Source: Iphione sp. A-MEVVRFRX5 (Eukaryota). Taken from it: DNA of 64,000 nucleotides. The DNA is taken from positions 1,550,001-1,614,000 of the forward strand of contig OZ320323.1 in assembly GCA_976226885.1 (NCBI GenBank). Direction: 5' to 3'. Of this stretch, positions 11,873 through 25,200 are shown one piece after another. The first letter of the stretch is position 1. Each line of letters begins with the position of its first letter. Position numbers and translations under genes: made by a program. The notes beneath the pieces are model-generated. The model had not been told where the DNA came from and ran no database searches. It saw nothing but the letters and a program-made list of their open reading frames with translations.

Positions 11873-12690
11873 CTAATGGGCTCCTAGATGCTCAAAGAAT
11901 GTTATTAATACCTTTACCACAATCCTCAGCCCTCTCACAGTTGGGTGACGCATCCTCTAAGTCATGCAGTCTTTCTGATGTCCTACCAGAGGCTCGTCAG
12001 TGTGTCAGATAACCCATCCTAGGTGTGGTTCTACAATTGTAGTGATTTACCTCATGAATTCAGTAGTTGACCCTAGAAATCAACCAATTAAGCACATAAT
12101 GGTTACATCCACTATCATTTATCACAGCCCCCCCATTCAATCGCGTGTTGTATTTAAACATTAACTGTGTAAATGGTTGAAAAGTAGTGTGGTATGTGTT
12201 GCAATTTTGTAGTCTGAAGTTACATTCATCCAGTACATTGAAAAAGTCATTAACATTCATCCTCGCCTTCCCTTCTTAGTGTTATAACCTCTTTCTTTGT
12301 CAAGTTACAGATACCCCCAATAATTATGACCCTTTCCACCTGATCTGCTATTGTAGTACGTTCAATTTAGGTCATAACCAGGGAATATGTTTACCGATAT
12401 GTTTATTCTCTCTTGTAGATGTCTCCCATGCAGCACTGTCCTTTTGGGCTATGTGCGTAATGGTCCCCCTCTATGATAACCACCTCCTTCTTCATCAGGT
12501 TACAGATGCCGCCAAGGATAACTACTCCTTCTACCTGATTTGAGATGGTGCTCTGCTCTAGTACCTTGGTTAACTGGTGCAAGTCATATATCCCAGGAAG
12601 ACATTAACTTGGATGTTAATTACCTATTTGCCATAGTCTCTGTTCCAGTCCCTTCCCTCTGGAACTTGTAAACATTATGTACATTTTAAT
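11873..12690 (-). pseudogene. SGNH hydrolase module, degenerate
   Basis: MYIMFTSSRGKGLEQRL, GVIIIGG, FKYNTRLNGG, HPTVRGLRIVVKVL; multiple stops and frameshifts. Confidence 0.75.
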
Positions 12691-15132
12691 ACGATGCAGT
12701 TGTGAAGTACAGGTATAGTGTTTTGTCTTATGCTCTGCGTTGCCCAGCTGCTGTTCAACACTTGCCCCTGCTTTCTGGCTCTGTAGACTCTTGGGTTTGG
12801 TCATGTTGTTTCCCTGCTCACTTTTCCTTGTTCCCGATAATGTCCTCCTATAATAGCAATATTACATGTACATAAGAGCAGAGCGTAAATCATCATCTAC
12901 AGTCATGCAATATTCCACTTTGTGTACGTCCATTATACTAGAATCAAATCATTCTATTACTTGTATTATCCGCTAATGGTACTTGTCAATTCTGCCTTTT
13001 CTCAATGTATTAATTCTGCAATATATGTCCTATTTATCTGTGTTGAATCATATGAATCTGATATATGAAATATATACATCTGTCATTATTCCTTGTGGCT
13101 CTCTTGTCTTATACTGTATATTATTCCTACTTCAATAAGATTCCCTTTAACATTGAAAGATAAAATTCATTTCCAAGTCAATCATTAAGTCTTTAAATTC
13201 TGATATCCTACTTATTCTTCCATGATGTCTCCCTGCTGCTGCAGCCCCGTTGGGTCCTATAATCCTGGGTCTTGTTGTCTGGTTGTTCAGTTGGTTAACC
13301 AGCAGGGTTCTTGAGAGCAGTAAGCTGTCCAGGTGTGTTGTGTCTTGCCTGATTCATATACGATCCTGAATTCATTCCAATCGCAAAGGTCTTTCTGTGG
13401 AGTCATTAACCACTCCTATCAACTTGTCCACAGCACAGTGTCAGTCCTGGTTGTGGCACCTTCTAGTTGTAGTATTCGCTACCAATATCTCATATCTGTG
13501 GAAATAAGTACATAGTGGAGATAATTATATTTATTGCAGTTTCTTAGCTTGTTACTTATATCACATTACATGCATGTCATTGCGATACTCATTGCTCTCA
13601 TGACAGTTACTTACAAATATCGGTTTTTCTCTAGAACCGAAGGCACTTGTATATTATAATATCAAGGACTGGAATGAGCTAGATGCTATTTTCAGAGTGA
13701 TCAAGGATATGTCTGTATTCAGAGAATGTGCAAAATGTTTGTCACTTAAAAACCATCAATATTGATTCTGTGACATGTATTATTAAATTAACATATGATC
13801 AAGTCACAAAACCAATTTATATAAAATGACAAGAGTGTGTAGGTAATCAAAAGGAAAACAGCATATCTGACTTCTCTCAATGTCATGCCTTAACTCTATG
13901 AGCTGTAATGATGCAAACAGCTAATCATCTGAACTTATTAACAATGCCCTCATGGGGTGACAGTTGGATGAATAAAATCTATTTCAATTCAATTCAGTAC
14001 CTCCTTCATAACCTCCTCTTTGATCGTATCCCAGTGACCTGTTGGCTTGATAGTTTTTAAATTGATTGAAAACTGCATATATTTTCTACCAAAAAGAATA
14101 CAAAGGAAAACACATAAAAAACATTGCCCTACTTTCACCCCTGTGTGTCTAGCAGAATTTAGGGTTGTAAACTTACTGGTGACGTCTTGGCCTCCCTGGT
14201 AGGTTGTTGTGATCGCCAAAGGCACTTCTTTTTTTATTATTATTATTCAACTGAAATACCAACCATTTGGATCGTTTGATCCAGTTTGTTGGCGGTCAGG
14301 TCTAATACAACAACAAGAGATGATCATTTCATTTCTATCTAATTCACTTGGTTAGTAGATAGATGCATAGATAGATGTTTGTGTAATATGGAAGATACAA
14401 TACTAAATGTTCCTACAACTAGAGTACATAAAGGTCTTTGTCAGATTTTTTAAAAATTGATGTTGCGAATCTATTTATGGAATCCTTTCATTCTCATTCT
14501 TTCATATCAAATACAGGTAACCTTTTATGTACCATTTGAACTTGATACAACACTTTTCAGTTCTTAGGTCTTTTGGTATCTTATTCCAAAGACTCAGGCC
14601 GGCATAGTATGCTGGGGTCTTAAATCTCTCCCACCTTGGCTTTATTAGTTTGACCCGTGGTCCCTTTCTGCCTATCGGTCTTTTCACTTGATAAAGCCTA
14701 TCCTCGTTTATGGTTGCTTTGTGGGCAATGCTCAAGAATGTTGCTGTCTGTTTACATTGAACGTTTTCACCATCTCCAGCCTCTTTATACAATTTTGTAC
14801 ACAGCAGCTATATGTAAGTACTGGCAGAATAAACACCTTTAGCACTTTAAGGCTTGTTGCCATGGTCATGTACGCCCTCGTTCTGCGTAACATATATTCT
14901 TGTGCCTGATCTTACTGACAACCATATTGCAATGCTCATCATAGGCTAGCCTGTCGTCTATCATTGTGCCTAAGTAGTTATACTTCCTGCACTGCACTAG
15001 AAGCTTTACACCCCCATGGAAGTCTCCTTTCATCCCTCTCTTATTGCTAAATAACATATATTTCGATTTAGTTACATTCAGTAACAATCTGTTCCCCTCG
15101 CACCATATTTGCACTTTTTCCAAGTCCCTATT

Positions 15133-18100
15133 TATCAACAACAACACACAGCCTGTCTTAAAATATTTTAATAGGAATAAACCTTTTGGCGTTACTACTC
15201 TGGGATGGTATCCCCAGGATCATACACACTCTCATATAATCTAACAGAGTATGATGAGAGCTGGAAGGCCCCTAACTGTCTAACAATAGTGAGCTATGCT
15301 AACTATTGAGAATGGCCAAATAGGCCAGAAGCAGATCACAGATATGTGAAATGTTTAGCCGCAGTGTAAGACCTCAGGGCTTCTTAGGTGTACACCAGGA
15401 ATGAAGAGGTAGTGGACCATGTTCCTTGGGCTCGTATTTCTTGTTCAGTTGCCCCCATGGCCTGCTAGAGAGTTGCTCCTCCTCTTCGGAAGCTGTGAAG
15501 TGAGAAGCGAGTGCTGTCCAGACCCAGCTCCTGAAGAACAACCTTTAGTGCCTGGGCAACAGCATCAACTGTAAAAGACTGGTTAGAGCCCAGGGGCCTG
15601 AACAAGGGCTGGCTCTGATCCTGAGTAGGATCCACCCGGATAAGCCTTTTAAGGGCCTTAAGGGGACATACAATTTCTTGGCTGTAGGGCAATCTATTGT
15701 TTTGGACCATTTGACCCGTATCTCACAATATTTTTCTGAAATTACTACATCACTTTATGTCAGGTGTTTACAGGGGTCAAAGCTGGCCCCTGCCTTTGGA
15801 AACAAGTTTGACTGAAGAAGAAGACTGAAAAACAGAAAAGGAAACATTGCCTTTAGAGGCAAACCAAGCACAGGGTCTTTATCCGATAAAGATACAATGT
15901 CGACGAGCATTTCAAGTGTGATTGGGTCTTTTCTATCAACAGTGTGAGTAGAAGTCAACTGACTTGAGGGCTGCCTTAACCCTGTCATGGTACAATATAT
16001 GGTCGTGAATACCCAAGCGGGCAAAGTAAAAACGCATGGCTGATATGTGCTGAGAAACAACCGCTGGGGTGAAGTAGGCTGCTAAATACTCTATAAACAC
16101 TAATACATCATCAAGGTACATCGTCTCATAGTCAACACCATAGTGGAGACAAAAACCTAAAGCCAGTGCCATCATCCTGTGCCTAGCCTTATGCATACTG
16201 GTTTTTGACGTTGTGCTACCCTCGTTGCTAGGGAATGTAGGCGAGGATCTGAAGATTCAAGAATTTATAATCTTATTAACCACGTTGTGATGGATACTAA
16301 TGGTTTTACATGACGGATTCTTAGAGAGAAATTGTGCTACTAAGGCCTCGTATTTTGGGGCTGAGTCGTATTTGGACATAGCATCCACATACACCATCTG
16401 AGCACCAGGCCCATGAACAAACTTAATAGTCAAGTTAAATGATGCTTGATTATCACAATAGAGAACAATAGTTAGATCTCTGATGGCCAACAGGGGCCAT
16501 TGAGATAACTGCCATAGCGACATTCGGGGCCTCAAGCTGAGTAATGTTCATTGTACTCATACATGGTAAAAGAGGTAAAGCATATTATTTGTGGGAAAAA
16601 TAAGTGCCAAGACCAACAAGAGATGCATCACAGTATATTGTATCATCACTATAGTCATAACATGGGAAATAGGCTGTGCCTGAAAAAGGAACCATTACAG
16701 GTCTTTCTTAAACTCTTTGAGTAACAGTTATGTGGTTTTTATTTTGCGCAATGTCATACCTATATTGGTCCAGGATCCTTGAGACAAACAATCTCGCTGG
16801 GTGAACACACCTGGCAATATAATTAATTAGGCCCAAGAGTTGCTGTATCTTTCTCGGGGTACACCTCTGTCTATAGACCATATCCAACAATTTTTTAAGC
16901 TTTTCTCTTGGGATTATCATCTTTTCATTAACTAAATCAAAGGCCACCCCAAGCCATTTAGTAGACTTGATGGGGCCAACTGTCTTATCTGTAGCTACCA
17001 AGAGGCCTAGCTGTTTAATCACATCAAGAACCATGGTGAATGCTTTGTCAGAAAGGTTACTCTCCATTACAAAAATATAATTGTCTAAGTAAACCAGAGC
17101 TGACATGTGAGGAATTCGAGTTAAGCAATAGTCATTTACCCTTGTTGATATGTTCTGCAAATAGGCTGATGAATGCCTAGTACCAAATGGCAAGCTGATA
17201 TCAAAATAGTAAGAGCCACCATGCTTCATTACTAAGAAAGACCAGTCAAGGGGATCTGACTTAAATTGGCGATATGCTCTACTCAAATCCAATGCAAACA
17301 CTACTGGATCCCTGTACCTCCGAATAATATGTATTAAATCATATGATGAGGGTAATGAAATTGCCAAAGGATAATCAAAATATGTGCCATGACTGACATG
17401 AGCGTTCACAAGGTTGGCTGAGAGGTCAGCTATTATTCTATGTGAGTCAAGTGACTTCGGCCTGGACATGAGCGGGCTCTGCACATACCTTGGGCGAAAG
17501 GGTGGATCAATGAAGGGGCCAGCAATAGCATTAAACTGTAACTCTTTGGCCATATATGCATCAACATGACTTAAATAGTTGAGGGCGGATGAATAATTTT
17601 AAATCTCTGGCCTAGTTAAGGGAGGACCTTCATAGCCTAAAGGGAATCCATATTGTAAAGCTTCATACAAGAAAAGATCAAAACTAGACTCAAATTGAAA
17701 TATTTTAGCGAACGCTAGAATGTCTTAATGTGTTGGAAGGGGAAGTCTAGCTTCCCTATGATAAAAATAACATGTAGATTTCATAGCCTGGTAAATGTGG
17801 CGCAGTGTCGAAGGGGCACGTGTGGTGATATCTGGCCATTGTAGCAGCCTCATCACGGTATTACAGTCGAAATCTGGAAAAGGTGCCCTCCGATGGGTGC
17901 AAGGTCTCTGGAACCTGCACATCCAGGAAGGATCGTTCCTGGGGGCAGCAGGGGCTACTGCCAATCATCCTGCTTCTGCACTGGGGTTGTGGGTCAGGTT
18001 TTCGTTCGTCTGGCTTGCCCAGGATGTGTTTCTTCATTCAGCATTGGTCTGGTCTGTAGTTGAAGAGCTTGCTGTTCACGTGGTAACAAATGGGGCAGCA

Positions 18101-19007
18101 ATGTATTAATTCAAACGTTTCAGATTTAGGGTCATGTTTTTTATCACACTTGGAATTGACCCATGTGGGACAGACAACTGTCTTTAACTTCACTGTTGTG
18201 GACACTTCCTGCTTAGTGGACTGCAAATAAGCACGCATTTTGGCCTGTTGGCTGAGGTGAATATTGTCCCATGTAAATGTATTATTGGCAAACGAATGCC
18301 ATAGCTCACTAACCCAGTCTGCTAATGGCGGCCAAGGAGTGGCCACGTGCTTCTGTGCTACTTTACATACATGCCTAGAGAAGATGGGAGCTCCTTGTCA
18401 TATGCCATATGTAACACTGCAGCAACATATTGTGGAAAAGACATATTAGTAATATCTTTGGTAACTGATGGAGCAAACCTGATATAAGAAACAGGGGAAA
18501 TAGGTTTGTTTTTACCTTTCACCGAGAGTGAGGAGGGATATATGGCTGCTGCCAAACGCTCGGCCAATTCCCCTGCTTCTGTGCGCAGCTGGCTGGGGGA
18601 GGGTTCCTCGTCATTGTCGGACTGGTCTGCTTCGTTGTCGGACTTGGGAGTGCTCTAGTCGGTTGAAGTTGATGGGCCCGGTACCAATGACCGGTCAACC
18701 GTGTCCTTCCTAGCCTTGGACTTGGACCTCGTAGTTACACCTTTGCCAGCCTCAGTTTGTTCCTCTAGCTTGGTTAACCTCTGCAAGACTTTTTCGAGAC
18801 TGGCTGTTACTACTCCAAGTTTCTTCTGAGTGTCATTGTCCATGGTGAATAACAAGTATAAGCACGTGTTGTGAGTAGACCGAGGTAACGACTCTCGCCC
18901 ACCAGCTGCACGCAAAAGGACTGGGCCGGCCCATGTGGCCACTTACATAGGTACACTGAACTGCCATCTGGTGGGTCAATAATGCACTATTGCAGTCGCA
19001 GTAGTAT
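15133..19007 (-). mobile_element. Ngaro/DIRS-class tyrosine-recombinase retrotransposon, degenerate (gag ~18942-18038, RT/RNaseH ~17990-16257, YR 16196-~15350)
   Basis: gag zinc finger CPTWVNSKCDKKH..HCCPIC; RT LDLSRAYRQ, LPFG, YLDN; RNase H LYCDN; YR LLQSNL and HSFRRGGAT; many frameshifts. No second A repeat found. Confidence 0.92.
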
Positions 19008-22000
19008 TACCATTGTGGTGACGCAGTCACTCCAGGTGTTTGCTCGGACCACCAAAGCAGAATTGTCAGCATATAAATACATGTTTCCTGAATATTTCTC
19101 TGTTATTAGGTCATTTATGTAAATAACAAAAAGCAGTGGTCCGAGCAAACGTCCTTGTGGCACGCCCCAAGTGATCTCGTGCTCAATTGAAGTACTGTTT
19201 CCTAGCACTACTCTTTGATTTCTTCCTGGAAGATAATCTGTTCGCCACGGTAACCAACATCCAAGGCCCATTTTGTTAACCTTTTCTAGAATAATACTAT
19301 GTCGAAGGCTTTCAAAAAATCTAGGTATATTACTCCTACTTGCTTTCCATCATTTATGCCTTCGAATACGTCATTGGATAGACTCACAATGGCCATGTTG
19401 GTTGATTTACCAGCCCTAAACCAAACTGATGGGCTTGCAGCAAGCTAGCACTCTTCCAGGTATTCATATATGTGGTTGCATACTACCCGTTCCATTACTT
19501 TTGTGGCACATGGTAGTAAGCTTACGGGCCTGTAATTACCTGGTTGCGATTTATTACCCCTTTATACAATATGTTTCCAAATTGAAGGTACCTTTCCTTG
19601 CATGATTGAAACGTTTATTACGTGATGCAGTTACTTACTAAAGTGTTTATAGCATGTTTCATCAGCCAAGTTGGAATATTATCCATGCCTGATGATTTTG
19701 CACTGTTGATCTTCTTAACTGCTGCTATAACACTCTGCATTGAAACATGTGGGAGGGGAATGTTTATGTCTACTTTACCTAATTGCTCGCATATATATGC
19801 CCCTATATTCACGAAGTACGAATTGGCTATCTCTGTTTGTTCTACTTTAATTCTGCCCAGCTCCAGGTTATCAATAACCAAGTCGTCTCGTTTGCCCTGT
19901 ATCATACCGTTGACTATTCTCCTGTACATTTTAGGGTCTGAGCTGTATCAGCTTCTTTAAATATCTACATGACTCTTCTATTATTATCCTGTTTGTTTGC
20001 GCACCTTCTTTTGGGCTTCCCAAGAGTCTCTGGAGCCGCTTAGCGATGCTTCCTCAGTATGGGCTTACTGTTTTTAGAGCTCTTTTTACCCTCCCTCCTA
20101 TCCAGTTCTCAAAATCCTGTTTCCCTTCCCTCACTTTAACTCTTCTCAAAGGGGCATATCTATCAAATGTTCTTACTATTATTTCTTCAGTTAGGGATGC
20201 TAGTTCATCTACATCTTGACTTTCCATGAAGTCAGTCCAGTCTGAGTTGATTAGTGTTGCACCAAATACCTTTTGATCGAAATTCCTATAGTCGCTGGTA
20301 TTCCTTAATTTTGCAGGGCCCCTATTTGTTGCTAGTTCTAGGACACCACTAATGAAAATATGGTCGATGATGCCTTTCTTTCGTACCCTTATTTCCCTAC
20401 TAATCCAACCTCTCTGAAACCACAGGTCTATTAAGCTATGTCTCTAGTCTATTTCACGGGTGTATGTAGTCACCATCTACTTCAAACCGAAACCCTCCAT
20501 TATATCACATAACCCTTTTGTGTGAGTGGCATTCTTATTGGACACATCAATATTAAAATCCCCTAACATCAATAACCCACACTTCGGGCTTATTTTGCTT
20601 GTCGCTTTCTAATTCCTTTAGTCCAGCTTTAATGTAACCCTCCCCCCCCGGCGGTCGATAAACTCCTATCATATGTGCAACCTTGCCTACAGCCCGAACT
20701 GTTACATGTAAATATTCTATATTTTCTCTGGTACTCCTTGTCGTCATACCTTATCTCCAGTATATTACGACACCCCCCACCTTTCTGCCGCTCTGTCTGT
20801 CTGCTCTGGCATGGTCATATCTATCCAGTCTGATTAAGTCATCTACTCTTCTTTCGTGTAGCCAGGTTTCTGTCACTACGAAGATATCATAACTATCCGT
20901 TATAAGGTCCCATATAATTTCCAGTTTCCGTAGAAGGCTTCTTACATTTAGGGCTCCTATTTTTATTGATTTACACATGGTTTTCCTCTAAATGCATTAC
21001 CATCTTCCTATGTTCACTAATAGATTGCAGCACCAATTCTATCAATAGTGTATTGTTATTTTTCAATTGTTTTTGGTACCATACACTATGAATTATGTAA
21101 TGTGTGTTAGTTAAGAATTGAAATAACGCGTCTATTGATATTGTGATCTTTCGGTTCCAATATGTAGTACTGTTCATTCTCCACCTTGCGTTTGTCACCC
21201 TTTTAGTTTTTTTGTCTCCTGACACCAGAACCAGAGTCGCCTGTTCAATGAATGCGTCGATGGGTAATGTAACTTACCCTGGGTGTTCTCCTCCCATTTA
21301 AATAGTTTATCTGATGTATGCGTTGATTACAATCAATCTAAGACGTCATAAAGACGCCTCACCAGCTCATTCTCAGTGTTCTCCCTTAAACTTTACATAT
21401 GCATAATAAATCCCCCTTTTCCGTTATCACGTCAGGGTATCGCACATCAGGGATGGACCTTTCTTCAGTGTTACACGTGGCTCTGTCCTCTTCCCGTTGA
21501 CCAGCTTCCGATTACTTCCTCCAGCCTATTCCCGCTTGTGTCAGTGCTGTTGTAATAACAAGATCGATTTTTCAGTATCAGTAGGTTATTTCTAAAAAAT
21601 TATATCAATAGATAGCACCCAATAAGATCAGTAGTATCTCTCCACTGCCAGTACTAAAAACTTCAGCTTAGAGCTGATCCCTCTATCTGGATGTGGTCAA
21701 TAGTTTGACAGGGGATCCAATCGATCCCATTAATTACGCTGTATACTTCATGGCAACATTTTAGGTGGAAGGTATTAGTATATCTGTTTACATCTTTGTC
21801 ATTCTCTCAATTGGTATTTGCTTGAAGTGTACCAATGTAGGGCTTATCATACAAATTATGAATCTTTCGATTCAGCTACTACTTACTGTCTGCCTCCCCC
21901 GAGCTTGTTACCAGTCATCCACCGGCTAATGTCCTTACTATAGTGGAGTCTCCTGTTAACAAAAAACGGGTGATAATTAGTAACAAGTAAAAGGAACAGT

Positions 22001-22046
22001 CACCATTATTTACAGGTTATGTCTCCATGTCACTATCTGCCCCTGA

Positions 22047-22260
22047 CTACGACCCACTGTTGGCTTGGGCTTGCAAGTCAGTTCTTACCTCCATTGATAG
22101 CCGACCTAATACGTTCTGGCCTACATACGTTCCTTTCCTTCCTATCAGGTGGTTTAGTGACATGTTAGCCCCCCAGTAGTTTGATTTGTTAGCACACACA
22201 ATTTGCCTGTCACCAGTCATGCAGCCAGTTCAAGGTTACTCAAGAACTTTGCTGTTAGCA
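22047..22260 (-). pseudogene. NADAR (YbiA-like) domain C-terminal fragment; missed by the ORF track
   Basis: Hand translation: AKFLSNLELAA/TGDRQIVCANKSNYWGANMSLNHLIGRKGTYVGQNVLGRLSMEVRTDL, matching the AKF..N..L...TG...L....WG....G.N.LG..L.E.R NADAR pattern. Confidence 0.8.
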
Positions 22261-22262
22261 CG

Positions 22263-22856
22263 TCATGTCCTTTTTTGTGTCCCAGTCATTTCCAGGTCAT
22301 ACAGCCTAACTGTGGTTCTACCAGATGAACGCCTATATGTTAGGTGACCAGCATGGGAAGTTGGCCTACCATTTTGGTGATTAACATCTTGTATGCATTG
22401 ATTTACTCTATTGATTGCTCTATTTAAAATTAACTGGTTTTGACTGCTACCATTTACTAAGTTCCCAACATTTAACATGAGATTGTATTTGAACATTTTC
22501 ACTGAGAAAATTGTAGGTATGTAGTAGGGGATAGCACCCAACTTAACTTGCATTCTCAGATTACAGTCATCTAGTATGTTGTAGAAGTCATCAACTAGGT
22601 TGTTTTCATTATCCCTCCTGAGAGTAACATGAGCATAAAAGTGCCCATCCCTTGATACAACTTTCTTTGTGAGGCTACATATTCCTCCTAGTATTATGAC
22701 TCCCTCCACCTGGTTTGAGAAGGTGGATTTCTCCACTGTGCTGACAATTCTGCCTTAGTCATAACCCGGGAATACATTTACCTGTTCATTAACACCTTTC
22801 TGCCGCAGCCTTTGCTAGAGGCCCTAGCCCCTAGAATTGGCAAACATCACATACTT
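22263..22856 (-). pseudogene. SGNH hydrolase module (tandem copy 2, truncated at the C-terminus)
   Basis: FANSRG, VFPGYD, GVIILGGICSLTKK; near-identical to 23411-24017. Confidence 0.82.
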
Positions 22857-23410
22857 TCTCGCTGTGTTGGGCCATCACAATTCAAGATGGTCACTTATCT
22901 GAGCACTTTCTCTGCCTGTTCCTGTCACAACAGCTGCCTTGCTTCCTGGCCTCACGATGACTGCACCCCAATCTGTATTGTATTCAGGGATTGTGTGTAG
23001 TGTCCTCCTGCACAACCAATAGTGACCGGACCTTAGGCTCTGCTGTCACTGCTATCCCTATCAACAGGAATGGATGACAATCTTTATATGCTACCATCAT
23101 AGAACTGCTGCTTACTTTTTCCACATTCTTTTTTTTTGCACATTGAATATGATGGATCAATTCTTTTCATGCCTAAGTAGATTATGAGTAACAGGCACAT
23201 TTCAGCTTATTGTCCTATACCCTTCTAACTGTATGATTCTATAATGGGTTCTATGCAGCAAGAACTACTTCTATTCTTGGACTACCTTTAGAATCATATG
23301 ATTCTGGTATGTAGGGGGATAAGGTAAATGTAACTTATCGTAGCTTTTTCTTGTAAATGCAGTATGCTGCTTGTACTAGACAATCCTCTGGTTTGATATC
23401 AGTGTTCCTC

Positions 23411-24017
23411 TCACACAGTTTCAGGACAAAGACCTAATATTTTCCATCCTTTCACAGATAAATGACAGCCATCTTCCAGGTCATAGAATCTAACTGTGGT
23501 TCTACCAGATGAATGCCTATGTGTTAGGTAACCTGCATGAGAAGTTGGCCTACCATTTTGGTAATTGATTGATTGCTCTATTTAAAATTAACTGGTTTTG
23601 ACTGCTACTGTTTACTAAATTCCCACCATTTAACTTGAGATTGTATTTGAACATTTTCACTGAGAAAATTGTAGATATGTAGTAGGGGATAGCACCCAAC
23701 TTAACTTGCATTCTCAGGTTACAGTCATCTAGTATGTTGTAGAAGTCATCAACTAGGTTGTCTTCATTATCCTTCCTGAGAGTGACATGAGCATAAAAGT
23801 GCCCATCCCTCAATACAACTTTCTTCTTTGTGAGGCTACATATTCCTCCTAGTATTATGACTCCCTCCACCTGGTTTGAGAAGGTGGATTTCTCCACTGT
23901 GCTGACAATTCTGCCTAAGTCATAACCCAGGAATACATTTACCTGTACATTGACACCTTTCTGCCACAGTCTTTGCTCGAGGCCCTAGCCCCTAGAATTG
24001 GCAAACATCACATACTT
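23411..24017 (-). pseudogene. SGNH hydrolase module (tandem copy 1)
   Basis: FANSRG, GVIILGGICS, LEDGCHLSVKG; stops and a deletion are present. Confidence 0.82.
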
Positions 24018-24348
24018 TCTTGCTGTGTTGGGCCATTACAATTCAAGATGGTCACTTATCTGAGCACTTTCTCTGCCTGTTCCTGTCACAACAGCTACCT
24101 TGCTTCCTGGCCTCACATTGACTGCACCCTGATCTGTATTGTTCATGGATTGTGTGTAGTGTGCTACTTCAATTCTTGGACTACCTTTAGAATCATATGA
24201 TTCTGATATACAGATAGGGCTTATACGGCAGGGGTCGCTGCGGTATATTATTATCGACACTAGGGCGACAGGGTCAGCGTGTCAGACCACCTGAAGCGGC
24301 CGGGGAGTAAACACGTAAGGGTCCTACTGACGTCCGAAATATACGAAA

Positions 24349-25200
24349 ATGGCCACATTAGAGGATGTGGTTAAGGCCATAAGGGAACAAACAACTACCA
24401 CCAAAGAGGTGAACACACGTTTGAAGAGCTTGGACGAAAAAATGGACGCTCTCCAACATATAACCGTTCCACAAATGCAAACGAGGTCTGCGACCAAGAA
24501 GGGTACCGGTGCTGGTCAGAAGGTGACGGTCAGCAGTGAGGACCCCCCTCCCCCAGAGTCACTGAGGGAAGAAGGAGCCGGTAGCTTCGAAAAAGTACTG
24601 GCCGCTATGTACCCGGACATAGTGGCAAAAGGTAAGAAGAAGGTCTCCCCAGCTAATTATGCCACATTCGAGGACAGTTCAAAGAAAGAAATAGCTAACA
24701 TGACAATGAATCAGTATGTGGTAGCTATTTTTGACATGCTTGAGGATGACCAGTCTAACCTGCAAGTAGACACTACAGTAATGCTTGACCATGTTAAAGA
24801 AGTAATACAGGAGGAGGAAAGCATTGCATGGGAGCCGATTAGGAACTGGGTTAATAAAGTCTGGGACTTAGTGAACACTGGTTCCTTATCTTGGACTGAC
24901 ACCAGCAAGGTACGAGACCACAAGCAGCGTTTCATAAATGCATACATGAATGGTAGGACCAAGGTGGCAGAAGCAGGTGAAGAGACTGTCATTTGCCACA
25001 AATGGCTCAAAGGAGCGTGCAAATCAGACTCTAGTCATGTGCATACTACTATGACTCTATTACATGCTTGCCCTGTATGCTATTATGTGATGCAGAAAAC
25101 CTTGGACCACAAGCCAGAGGTGTGTCGAGTGAGGAAGCGATGCAACCAGAGGCAAGACAAGTCGGCAAAAGACACAACGAAGAAGCAGCAGGACGACTAG
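24349..25200 (+). CDS. Ngaro gag-like ORF1 (283 aa)
   Basis: N-terminal coiled coil; C-terminal CHKWLKGACKSDSSH..HACPVC zinc finger; homologous to the 18038-18942 pieces. Confidence 0.9.
   Translation: MATLEDVVKAIREQTTTTKEVNTRLKSLDEKMDALQHITVPQMQTRSATKKGTGAGQKVTVSSEDPPPPESLREEGAGSFEKVLAAMYPDIVAKGKKKVSPANYATFEDSSKKEIANMTMNQYVVAIFDMLEDDQSNLQVDTTVMLDHVKEVIQEEESIAWEPIRNWVNKVWDLVNTGSLSWTDTSKVRDHKQRFINAYMNGRTKVAEAGEETVICHKWLKGACKSDSSHVHTTMTLLHACPVCYYVMQKTLDHKPEVCRVRKRCNQRQDKSAKDTTKKQQDD

Larger units (their letters stand above)
14320..22260 (-). mobile_element. CR1/L2-group LINE (element E): NADAR fragment, degenerate SGNH, APE-RT; split by an Ngaro insertion at 15133-19007
   Basis: APE LNVRSL..VTETWL..YRPPGG (20978-20553); RT SSGMDNIP, GVPQG.LLGPLLFVIYINDL, YADN (19930-19005); resumes INRDLEKVQIWC..YNYLG..WNKIP (15135-14502). 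Confidence 0.9.

Noticed and set aside
12800-14300. Possible upstream SENP exons or other genes
   Set aside because: No HW-x-L or DSL protease motifs or other recognisable coding signal found by hand translation; left unannotated, as are 40150-41000 and 63640-64000.
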